The position numbers and the translations under genes were made by a program. Source: Rubrobacteraceae bacterium (GTDB lineage: Bacteria; Actinomycetota; Rubrobacteria; Rubrobacterales; Rubrobacteraceae). From it: a DNA stretch of 64,000 nt. The notes beneath the pieces are model-generated. The model was not told the DNA's origin. It saw nothing but the letters and a program-made list of their open reading frames with translations, and made no database searches. This document shows, one piece after another, positions 25,926 through 34,532 of the stretch (positions within the stretch are counted from its first letter, which is position 1; each line of letters begins with the position of its first letter). The stretch spans positions 94,026-158,025 of the forward strand of contig CBDCNI010000001.1 of assembly GCA_965219175.1 (NCBI GenBank), given 5' to 3'.

Positions 25926-27395
25926 GTGACGGAAGACGGCAAGACGAAGCGCGCGGCCGGAATTCTCTTGCACCCGACCTCGCTGCCGGGCAGGTTCGGG
26001 ATAGGCGAACTAGGCCACGAAGCCCTTGAGTTCGTCCGGTTTCTGGAGAAGGGGGGACAGAAGATCTGGCAGGTCCTGCCCCTCGGTCCCGCGGGCGGCG
26101 GAAACTCACCCTACTCTGCGGTCTCGGCCTTCGCCGGAAACCCGCTCCTCGTAAGCACCGAAAAGCTGGCCGAGGAAGGGCTGCTCGACTCAGACCTCCA
26201 GGAACTCCCGCGCGGTCTGGTCGACTACCCAGCCGTCACAGAGATAAAAATGAGGCGGCTGCGGGAAGCCTGCACGCGGTCTAAACCCGGCGACTACTTC
26301 GACGAGTTTCGGGAACGCCACGGCCACTGGCTCGAAGACTACGCGCTCTACGCGGCGCTAAAGACGAAATTCGACGGCGCGCCCTGGAACCAGTGGGAGA
26401 CGGGTCTCCGGGAACGCGAGCCGGAAGCCCTGGCACGGGCGAGGCGGGAGCTTGCGGAGGAGATACGCTTCCACGAGTACGTTCAATACCGTTTCTTCCG
26501 GGACTGGGAGGACGTCAGGAAGAAGGCGGGGGCCGCTGGAGTGGAGATAGTCGGGGACCTTCCGATCTTCGTCTCCCACGATTCGGCCGACGTTTGGGCC
26601 AACCAGCGTCTCTTTCAGTTGGATAAGAGAGGAGAGCCGACCGTCGTCGCCGGGGTGCCGCCGGACTACTTTTCCGAGACCGGCCAGCTCTGGGGCAACC
26701 CGCTCTACGACTGGGGCCGGATGCGCGAAGAGGGATACCGCTGGTGGGTGGAGCGCATACGGATGTCCCTCACCCTCTACGACTCTGTACGGATAGACCA
26801 CTTCCGGGGCTTCGAAGCCTACTGGGAAATCCCGGCCGGAGAAGAGACGGCCGCTGGCGGGCGATGGGTAAAAGGTCCGGGCCGTGAAGTATTCGACGCA
26901 CTGGCGGCGGAACTCGGGGAACTGCCGATCATCGCCGAAGACCTCGGGGAGATCACCACCGGGGTCGAAGAACTGCGCGACACCCTAAACCTGCCGGGGA
27001 TGAAAGTCCTCCAGTTCGCTTTCTCGGACCCCGATAACCCGCACCTCCCACACAACTACGCTGCGGGCGGAAACTGGGTCGTCTACACCGGCACCCACGA
27101 CAACGACACGACAGCGGGATGGTGGGCTGCGGCGGCAGCGGAAGAAAGGTCTTTCGCCCGAGGCTATCTCGGCGAAGAGTACGTCACCGTGCGGGGCTTG
27201 ATCCGCCTGGCCTACTCCTCCACCGCCGCGCGAGCCATAACGCCGATGCAAGACCTACTCGGCCTCGGGACCGAAGCGCGAATGAACCGTCCCGGCGCCG
27301 CCGAAGGCAACTGGAGGTGGCGACTCGAAGAAACAGAGCTTACGGACGAACTGGCCGACAGCCTAAGAGATCTCGCACAGACTTACGGAAGATAG
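25926..27395 (+). CDS. malQ: 4-alpha-glucanotransferase (amylomaltase)
   Basis: GH77 motifs: GILLHPTSLPG, SPYSAVSAFAGNPLL, VRIDHFRGF, IAEDLG, YTGTHDNDT. Confidence 0.95.
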   Translation: MTEDGKTKRAAGILLHPTSLPGRFGIGELGHEALEFVRFLEKGGQKIWQVLPLGPAGGGNSPYSAVSAFAGNPLLVSTEKLAEEGLLDSDLQELPRGLVDYPAVTEIKMRRLREACTRSKPGDYFDEFRERHGHWLEDYALYAALKTKFDGAPWNQWETGLREREPEALARARRELAEEIRFHEYVQYRFFRDWEDVRKKAGAAGVEIVGDLPIFVSHDSADVWANQRLFQLDKRGEPTVVAGVPPDYFSETGQLWGNPLYDWGRMREEGYRWWVERIRMSLTLYDSVRIDHFRGFEAYWEIPAGEETAAGGRWVKGPGREVFDALAAELGELPIIAEDLGEITTGVEELRDTLNLPGMKVLQFAFSDPDNPHLPHNYAAGGNWVVYTGTHDNDTTAGWWAAAAAEERSFARGYLGEEYVTVRGLIRLAYSSTAARAITPMQDLLGLGTEARMNRPGAAEGNWRWRLEETELTDELADSLRDLAQTYGR

Positions 27396-27401
27396 TAGAG
27401 G

Positions 27402-28007
27402 CTAGAGCCAGCCGATACGGTCCAGAGGCCAGAACCTCATGAAGGCTTCCCCCTCTATGTTCTTCGCCGGCAACGGGCCGAAGTAGCGGGAGTCGTAGGA
27501 GTTGCCCCGGTTGTCGCCCATCATGAAGTAGTGTCCTTTCGGCACCTTCTCGGGGCCGTAAGGTGGCTGAAAGCCAGGATCTTTGCTGATGTAGGATTCC
27601 TTCTGGCGCTTGCCGTTCAAGAAAAGCACGTCGTTCTTGACCTGTATAGTGTCGCCCGGCAGGCCGATCACACGTTTTATCAGGTCTTCTTTCGGGTTCG
27701 TGACGCTCTTGAAGACGATTATGTCCCCGCGATTCGGTTTCGTGAAGTCGTAGATGAACTTGTTGGCGAGCACCCGGTCGTCGGTGCAGCCCGGACAGCC
27801 GTGGAGGGTCGGTTCCATGCTCGCCGACGGGATGACGAATGCCTCGACTATAAAGGGCCTGACGACGCCGAAGACCAGTCCGAAAGCGATGACGAGTATG
27901 ACCACGAACTCGAGTATGCCCCCACCCTTCTTCGGGAGGCGACGCCCGTCACCGTTCTCATCCCGGTTCGTTTGTGTCTGCTCTTCGTAGGAATGTTTCT
28001 CGGACAT
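27402..28007 (-). CDS. lepB: signal peptidase I
   Basis: IPSASMEPTL (catalytic Ser box), GDIIVFK, KRVIGLPGD, YFMMGDNRGNSYDSR. ATG at 28007 is preferred over the upstream alternative. Confidence 0.9.
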   Translation of the reverse strand: MSEKHSYEEQTQTNRDENGDGRRLPKKGGGILEFVVILVIAFGLVFGVVRPFIVEAFVIPSASMEPTLHGCPGCTDDRVLANKFIYDFTKPNRGDIIVFKSVTNPKEDLIKRVIGLPGDTIQVKNDVLFLNGKRQKESYISKDPGFQPPYGPEKVPKGHYFMMGDNRGNSYDSRYFGPLPAKNIEGEAFMRFWPLDRIGWL

Positions 28008-28053
28008 AGGCGCTAAGAATATCACGCGCCGGGCGCTCCGGAACGGCGCAACT

Positions 28054-29547
28054 CTACCGCTCGGGTTCACCCCCGAGGTCCATCCCCCGCTCTTCCCTCG
28101 GCTCCGCGTGGATTACCACCTGTTCAAGTAGAGAGAAGTCGTTGCGGAGGGCTTGTTCGATCTGCTCCGTGCGCAAATGGACCTCGCCGATGTTCGTGGA
28201 TCTCGGGAAGTCGCAGTGCAGGATCGCGTCGAGACCTTCACCCTCCGAACGGTACAAACGGACCTCGTGGCACCTAGCTCCGGCGTCGATCTCGCCCACA
28301 GCGAGTTTTATCTCACCGGCCAGTGAGGCGTAGTCTTCGGTGACGGCGCGGCGTTCGCTCGGGTCCGGTTCGGCGACTTCTATGTGGGTGTTGACCCGCG
28401 TCAGTTGCGGGTTCTTTTCCCGGATACCGGCCGAGAGCCAATGAGTCAGCTCGTGGGCTTCACCGAGAGAGAGGTCGGAGTCTACCTCTACGTGCAGCGA
28501 AGCCTCAAAGTGATCTCCCAGACGCTGGACCCGCTCGTGGTGGGTCCGGACTCCCATCTGGAGCGCCGTTGCCCGGACGGCTTCGGCTGCGGTCTCGGCC
28601 TCGGTAGTCACCGGCTCGGTGTGGACCACGCTTTCGGTGCCGGGGTCCAGGTCCCGGACCGCCGCCTCGACCATCTCGGTGATGTCGTGGGCTTCGGTCG
28701 CGCTCAGGGTGCGCGGGACGTCCACCACTATGTCCGCGAACTTGCGGTTGCCGGACTCGCGCAGGCGCACGAGACGGGTCCCGACCACGCCGGGCACGGA
28801 GCCCGCGCTGCGGGTGATCCTCTCTTGAAGCTCGACTGGCGCTAAATCCAGCAACACGTTGACCGACCTCAGGGCGAGCTGTCCGCTCTTGAAGATTATG
28901 AAGAGCCCGACTAGCGCCGCGGCCCAGGCGTCGGCTTTCAGGAACGGCCCACCCGCTCCGGCCGTCTTCCCGTAGGCGACGAGCGCCAGGCCGAGGATGA
29001 CGACGCCGGAGCTGAACATGTCGGCCCGGAAGTTGAGGGCGTCGGCCTCCAGCGCGCGGCTCCCGTACTTGCGGGCGGTTCGCAGGAGCATTCGGGAGCG
29101 CCAGAAGTCGAGGACTATGCTCGCACCCATCACGACGAAAGCCCAGATCGTGGGCTCTACCTCGACGCTGACGAAGAAGATCCGCTGGACGGACTCGTAG
29201 AGGATCCAAGCAGCCGTACCGAGCAGCAAAACCCCCTGAACAACCGCCGAGAGGTTCTCGACGCGCCCATGGCCGTAGGGGTGGTTCTCATCCGCCGGAC
29301 GCCCGGCGAAGCGAACCGAGAAGAGCGTCACTATAGAGGCGACCGTATCCAGCCCGGAGTGTGCGGCCTCGGCGATCAGGCCGAGGCTTCCGGTCAGGAG
29401 CCCCGCCGCCAGCTTCGCAGCGGTGAGCACGAGCGAAGCCAGGACGGAGATCAGGGTGACCTGATTCTTCTCCCGACGCTCAGTCTTGTTGTCCGGAAAC
29501 GAGCCTCTCATTTGCAGGAAATCTACCACACGACCCCGAAACGCCAC
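28054..29547 (-). CDS. cation diffusion facilitator (CDF) transporter with extended C-terminus
   Basis: CDF TM core (AEAAHSGLDTVAS, HPYGHGRVENL), followed by about 250 aa that I read as three tandem ZT_dimer-like repeats. Confidence 0.85.
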   Translation of the reverse strand: MAFRGRVVDFLQMRGSFPDNKTERREKNQVTLISVLASLVLTAAKLAAGLLTGSLGLIAEAAHSGLDTVASIVTLFSVRFAGRPADENHPYGHGRVENLSAVVQGVLLLGTAAWILYESVQRIFFVSVEVEPTIWAFVVMGASIVLDFWRSRMLLRTARKYGSRALEADALNFRADMFSSGVVILGLALVAYGKTAGAGGPFLKADAWAAALVGLFIIFKSGQLALRSVNVLLDLAPVELQERITRSAGSVPGVVGTRLVRLRESGNRKFADIVVDVPRTLSATEAHDITEMVEAAVRDLDPGTESVVHTEPVTTEAETAAEAVRATALQMGVRTHHERVQRLGDHFEASLHVEVDSDLSLGEAHELTHWLSAGIREKNPQLTRVNTHIEVAEPDPSERRAVTEDYASLAGEIKLAVGEIDAGARCHEVRLYRSEGEGLDAILHCDFPRSTNIGEVHLRTEQIEQALRNDFSLLEQVVIHAEPREERGMDLGGEPER

Positions 29548-29598
29548 CCATCATACAAAGGCCCGATCGGGGGCCGCGAACGCTACGCCGGTTTTACT

Positions 29599-30213
29599 CT
29601 AGGCTTTCGAGGAGCGCCAGCGGAAGAACAGGTAGACCACCGCCACGATGAGCCCGAGGGCGACCACGTAGTCGAGGTAGTGGAGCACGGAGCCGATCTT
29701 CTCCCAGTTCTTGCCCAGGAGGAACCCGATGTACGTGAGCGCCGTGACCCACGGGATGCAGCCCGCGAGAGTGTAGAGCGTGAACTTAGCGAAGTTCATC
29801 CGCGAGATACCGGCCGGGAAAGAGATGAAGGTGCGGATTCCGGGCAGCATCCGGGAGACAAAGACGGTGACGTCTCCGTATTTGGCGAACCATTTTTCGG
29901 CCGAGTCCAGGTGGTGGGCGCGCACCCCGACGAAGCGTCCGTAGCGCGTCCAGATCTCCCGTCCGCCCCAGAGCCCTATGAAGTAGGCGATCCAGGAACC
30001 GACGAGGTTGCCGGCGATTCCGGCGCCAGCCGCCCCGATAAAGCTCATCTTGCCGATTGAGGCCAGGTATCCGGCGAAGGGCGAGATGGCCTCCGAGGGG
30101 ATCAAAAAGCCCATGCTCTCAAGCGTCATGAGCCCGAAGACCGCGAAGAGGCCGTGCGATCCGATAGTCTCGGTGACCCAGGTTATGAGCGGATGAAGGA
30201 TTGACTCAAGCAC
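29599..30213 (-). CDS. DedA family membrane protein
   Basis: GFLIPSEAISPFAGYL... and RMLPGIRTFISFPAGISRM, the hallmark DedA/SNARE-associated motifs. Confidence 0.9.
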   Translation of the reverse strand: MLESILHPLITWVTETIGSHGLFAVFGLMTLESMGFLIPSEAISPFAGYLASIGKMSFIGAAGAGIAGNLVGSWIAYFIGLWGGREIWTRYGRFVGVRAHHLDSAEKWFAKYGDVTVFVSRMLPGIRTFISFPAGISRMNFAKFTLYTLAGCIPWVTALTYIGFLLGKNWEKIGSVLHYLDYVVALGLIVAVVYLFFRWRSSKA

Positions 30214-30337
30214 GAGGGGAACCTAACACCTGAGACCGACGATTTCCAGTAACCACAAACCTGCCTCCTCCAAAACCTCGTCCAGAACATCGATACGAAC
30301 TTGCCGGCGTCGGCTGCGGCCAACGACCCGATACCTT

Positions 30338-31039
30338 CTACGGTGGACGATACGAGTTGGTTTCCTCTCCTTCAGGAAGCACGCCCGAGGATACCGCCCC
30401 GACTACGAGGGTAAGGCCTAACCGGCTGAACCCGGCGGAAGATATCTTTACTATCCGCAAGCCGGCATTCCCGGCGAGGGTCGCGGCGCCCTCCGGGGAG
30501 TGTAGCTGTATCGCTCGCCGGTTCACGAGCTCGGTCAGGGCGTAGATTCTCCCTTCGATGCTCGAAAGCGGCACGGTGAAAACTATCCAACCATCCGGCC
30601 GGAGGACCGAGGCCAGTGAATGTATGGCCGCCCCCACGTCCTCGACGTAGTTGAGCGTCCCGACGGTCAGCACGCCGTCGAACTTCTCGTCCGGCCCCGT
30701 TCCGACCTCATCCGGCAGACGGCCCTCCCGGAGTTCCACGTTCGAGAGTCCTTCCCGGACCACGAAGTCTTTCAGGTACCGGAGCATCTCCGGGGAGGAG
30801 TCGGCCGCCACCAGCCTCGCGCAGCGTCGCGCCACGGGCGCCGTGTAGTTTCCGGTCCCCGGCCCGACTTCGAGGATCGAGTCTGAAGGTCTCATAAAGC
30901 TCCCGAGAGCCTCGAAGACCAGCTTCTCCTCCCGCCTCCTGATGGTTGCGCCGAACGCCGTCCCGAAATATCTCTCGTAGGAGCCTGGGTCCCACCCGAC
31001 GTTGTTTGGCAAGAGCAAACGCTTGTACGTCTCCCTCAT
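30338..31039 (-). CDS. class I SAM-dependent methyltransferase
   Basis: SAM motif ILEVGPGTGNYT and DGVLTVGTLNYV. Overlaps the upstream membrane-protein gene by 4 nt. Confidence 0.8.
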   Translation of the reverse strand: MRETYKRLLLPNNVGWDPGSYERYFGTAFGATIRRREEKLVFEALGSFMRPSDSILEVGPGTGNYTAPVARRCARLVAADSSPEMLRYLKDFVVREGLSNVELREGRLPDEVGTGPDEKFDGVLTVGTLNYVEDVGAAIHSLASVLRPDGWIVFTVPLSSIEGRIYALTELVNRRAIQLHSPEGAATLAGNAGLRIVKISSAGFSRLGLTLVVGAVSSGVLPEGEETNSYRPP

Positions 31040-31872
31040 ACGCCCCGTTCTACGGTTACGCGGGGCGAGCTGGAGAGGAGCAAGAAGGTCCCGAGGAGTG
31101 TCAGGCCGATACCGCCGCCTAGAAGAGTGCGCGGGAAGAGGCCGGCGGGCCAGACTTCACCGAAGAGGATCGGGGCGACTACTATAGGAACGATCGTGTG
31201 CAGGGCCATCACTATCGGCACCACGACCGAGGCGCTCCCGTTTTTGAGGGCGTCGAGCTCGACTACGAAACCCCAGAACCCGAGCCCCGCGATAACGACA
31301 ACTATCAGCCCTATAGAAACTATCCCGGAAACCCGGAACACGTCGGCCACTTCCTTGTTGAGGATGCCGCTCAAGGCGTAGGCCAGTCCGCCGGCCGTGG
31401 CCCCGACCAGCGGTCCAACCGGCCTGTGGAGCAGCTTCGCCAGGGCGGGCAGGAGGATGCCCGGTCCCAGGACCACGAAGAGCAGGACCCACTCCAGGGC
31501 GCCGGGGGTGTAGGAGCTTCTCTGGGGCGGGGCGAGGCCGACAGCGACTATCCCGAGGCCTATGAGGACCACGCCCAGGACCTCGCGTCTTCCGAGGGAT
31601 TCTTTGAGCGTCCAGCGGGTCAGGCCGAGAAGGAAGGCGAGGCCGGCGGCGTTCAGGATGCGTGCGAGGGTCAGTGGGATCAGTGTGAGCGCGGAGATCT
31701 CCAGCGCCCATCCAACCAGGTTCAAGAGTATGGCCGACGCGCCCCGAAACCTCTTGCCGACCGCCACGAAAAGGACTTTTCCTTCTTCCTGCCGCCGGGC
31801 TTCGGCCGCGAGTAACACGGCGGAGCCGTTATAGGCGAGCGTCGAGGCCAGGACGAGGATTACGCCTATCAT
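31036..31872 (-). CDS. polytopic membrane protein, DMT/EamA- or NIPA-like
   Basis: 278 aa, about 8-9 hydrophobic segments, with 4-nt overlaps to both neighbours. The family call is tentative. Confidence 0.55.
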   Translation of the reverse strand: MIGVILVLASTLAYNGSAVLLAAEARRQEEGKVLFVAVGKRFRGASAILLNLVGWALEISALTLIPLTLARILNAAGLAFLLGLTRWTLKESLGRREVLGVVLIGLGIVAVGLAPPQRSSYTPGALEWVLLFVVLGPGILLPALAKLLHRPVGPLVGATAGGLAYALSGILNKEVADVFRVSGIVSIGLIVVVIAGLGFWGFVVELDALKNGSASVVVPIVMALHTIVPIVVAPILFGEVWPAGLFPRTLLGGGIGLTLLGTFLLLSSSPRVTVERGV

Positions 31873-32585
31873 CTCTCTTCGTCCAGAAGCCCTCCGACGG
31901 AGCAGATTTCGAGGCCCCTGGAAGACGCTTCCCCGAGGAGAATCGGCAAGGCGTCGAGGGTGGCTTTCCAGGAACCGGGAGCGGAGTAGCGATCCGAGTC
32001 GTGCAGCAGGAGTATGTCTCCCGGCTCGGGAGATCCGAGCGTCTCCAAGACGGAGCGTGGCGTCGCCCCCAACTCCCAGTCTTCACCCCAGCGAGCCCAG
32101 AGAGTCCGTCTCAAACCCTGCCGGTCGGCTTCGATCCAGGATGCGGCGTTGAACACGCCGTAGGGCGGCCTGAAAAAGCGGATGGGACGCCCGGAAACGT
32201 CTTCGATCAGGGCTCTCGCCCGGCGCATGTCTGAGACGGTCCGGCCCAGTGTCAGGCGTAGGTGGTTTCGATGCCGGTAGCAGTGAACCGCCGCCTCGTG
32301 GCCCCTGGCGACGATCTCCCGGAGCCGTCCGGGGTCGCGCTCGACCTGCTCCCCGACGACGAAGAACGTGGCCCCGGCTCCAGCCTCATCCAACACGTCC
32401 AGGAACTTTTCGAGACAAGCATCCGGCCCGTCGTCGAAGGTCAGGGCTATGGAGCTACTACCGTTCGTTTCGATACGGGTGGTTGTCGGGAAGAGTTGGC
32501 GTCCTACCGGGAAGCGGGCGACGGCAGGCGCGGAATAGGCGGCCAGGAGCGCCGCCGAGGCTAGAGCCGGGACGGCTGCACGCAC
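31869..32585 (-). CDS. polysaccharide deacetylase (NodB homology domain)
   Basis: ALTFDDGPD, ATFFVVGEQV, GHEAAVHCYRH (His-His metal motif), ILLLHDS. Confidence 0.85.
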   Translation of the reverse strand: MRAAVPALASAALLAAYSAPAVARFPVGRQLFPTTTRIETNGSSSIALTFDDGPDACLEKFLDVLDEAGAGATFFVVGEQVERDPGRLREIVARGHEAAVHCYRHRNHLRLTLGRTVSDMRRARALIEDVSGRPIRFFRPPYGVFNAASWIEADRQGLRRTLWARWGEDWELGATPRSVLETLGSPEPGDILLLHDSDRYSAPGSWKATLDALPILLGEASSRGLEICSVGGLLDEER

Positions 32586-34435
32586 TCGAATCCTCTCCGG
32601 TGGACCGTCTCTATCTCCTGCGATAGCCGCGAGCGGACGGCTCCGGGTCCGGAAGCATCCATTACTATCAGACCGGCGTGCGGCTCGCGCGCGGATTTCT
32701 CGGCCATGACCAGCCGGGTGTGGGGCGGCGCGTCGGCCAGCGCGGCGAGGTTCGTCTTGGGAGCGGGAAGGAAGTAGACTGGATACACGCCTGTCGCCCG
32801 CCGGATACTCATCGAGGCGTTCTGCGCCAGCTCTCTGTCCTGCAAGGGTTCGGAGAACTCTTTGTCCGCCGATTCTTCCGCCACCCCGAACGTGATGCCT
32901 GGGGCGGCGCGCAGACCGGACGCCGCGCGGGCGTCGACGAAAATGGTCAATGAAACTCGTTCCTGAAGAGCCAGGCTTTCAGCGGCTGTGGCGGTCGCCG
33001 GGTCGGTGGTGCGAACCGCGAGCGCGACCTTTCCGGGCGCGGGGTTGTAGCCTGGCATTTCGATATCCAATGCCTTCGCCGCCAACGCCGCACCGGAAGT
33101 TGCGAATATGGACCAGCCGAAGAACGCGAGCGCCGCCACAGACGCCAGGACGGGCCGGGGCCGCAGGCTCCACCGGGGAGCGGAAGACGGCTCGGGGCTA
33201 CCGACCAGTGAACCGACGACCGTTGTCAAATCGGGTGCGTCCGGGTCTCTCTCGGGTGCAGGTAGTGGAGTTTCGCGGCTCACGGCGGCCCGGAGGAGAG
33301 AGGTCAATTCTCCGGCGCTTTCCGCCCGGATGGCGACGCGCTCTTGTTCCATGACTAGGGCGTTCAACTCCCCGTGGCCGAGGATTGCGTCGTAGAAAAT
33401 CACCGGTAGGTCCAACTCGATGGCTTCGATGCAGGTCATGCCGCCTGCGTTCTGGATCAGGCAATCGGACGCCGCCATGAGCGCGGGCAGGTCCTCCCTC
33501 CATCCCAGCACCAAAACATCCTTCCGGCCGGCGAACTTCTTCTCCAATCGAGCCTTGAGCCCGGTATTCTCACCCGTCACGACGACCGTGTACGCACCGG
33601 CTTCGACGGCGCACCGGGCGGCGCCTTCGAGGTCGCCGATACCCCAGGCGCCTCCCACCACGAGCGCCACGAAAGCCTCCGGCGGAACTCCCAGGAAAGC
33701 GCGGGTTTCTTTCCTGTCCGGGACGGTGTGGACCGCTGGATCCACCGGCATCCGGACCAGGGCCGCTTCTCCCCCGGCGCGTGCGGCCAACTCCACCGAG
33801 TGGCGGGAGACGACCAGGTGCAGGTCGATCTCGGGGACCACCCATAGCGGATGGACCCCGTAGTCCGCGACGACGGCGACCACCGGCGCGCGCAGCCTGC
33901 CCTTCTTCCGCAGGCGTCCGAGGGCGGCGGTCACCAGCGGGTAAGTGGAGATCACCACGTCCGGCCGCTCTTTTTCGAGCAGCCCCAGCAGCTGATTAGC
34001 GCAAAACAACCCAACCAGGAATCGCACGACACCCGCCCCGGCTCTCCTGGAAGTTACGGCGAAAATAGCGCCCAGCGTCCTCGGGGTGCGCCGGACCTGG
34101 CTACAGTAACCGCGAGAGAGCGACCATCCCAGGATGCGGCTCATGATCCACAAACCATCCTCCTCGACCACCTCGCACCCGGCCCGCTCCAACTCGGCCC
34201 GCACGGTGCGACCAGCCGCCTTGTGTCCTCCGCCCACGGCGGCGGTAAGGATAAGAACTTTGCGGTCGGAAACGAGGTCGAAGTCGAGAGGTTCGAAGAA
34301 CTTCGGAGACAGACCCTCAGGAGGAGCCTGAGAGCGGCGCACGAGTAGCGTCCACAGTATCAGCAAGAGCGCGGGTATGGCTACTAGATATCCGACCATT
34401 CCGGTCACGGCACCCCCACAGTCTAGTTTCTCCAT
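32561..34435 (-). CDS. GT28 monoglycosyl-diacylglycerol synthase-like glycosyltransferase fused to a TM segment and extra C-terminal domain
   Basis: N-terminal KVLILTAAVGGGHKAAGRTV... and the later NAGGMTCIEA match MGDG-synthase/UgtP-type enzymes. Residues about 415-624 add a TM helix plus an unassigned, possibly divergent deacetylase-like, domain. Confidence 0.7.
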   Translation of the reverse strand: MEKLDCGGAVTGMVGYLVAIPALLLILWTLLVRRSQAPPEGLSPKFFEPLDFDLVSDRKVLILTAAVGGGHKAAGRTVRAELERAGCEVVEEDGLWIMSRILGWSLSRGYCSQVRRTPRTLGAIFAVTSRRAGAGVVRFLVGLFCANQLLGLLEKERPDVVISTYPLVTAALGRLRKKGRLRAPVVAVVADYGVHPLWVVPEIDLHLVVSRHSVELAARAGGEAALVRMPVDPAVHTVPDRKETRAFLGVPPEAFVALVVGGAWGIGDLEGAARCAVEAGAYTVVVTGENTGLKARLEKKFAGRKDVLVLGWREDLPALMAASDCLIQNAGGMTCIEAIELDLPVIFYDAILGHGELNALVMEQERVAIRAESAGELTSLLRAAVSRETPLPAPERDPDAPDLTTVVGSLVGSPEPSSAPRWSLRPRPVLASVAALAFFGWSIFATSGAALAAKALDIEMPGYNPAPGKVALAVRTTDPATATAAESLALQERVSLTIFVDARAASGLRAAPGITFGVAEESADKEFSEPLQDRELAQNASMSIRRATGVYPVYFLPAPKTNLAALADAPPHTRLVMAEKSAREPHAGLIVMDASGPGAVRSRLSQEIETVHRRGFECVQPSRL

Positions 34436-34532
34436 CTCCAGGCGTTCGGGATGGACTCCCGGCGCCAGTTTATCCCTGGATTTACGTCGGGATCAAGCAT
34501 CTCATCGAACGGTAAGAGAGAGGTAAGAGAGA

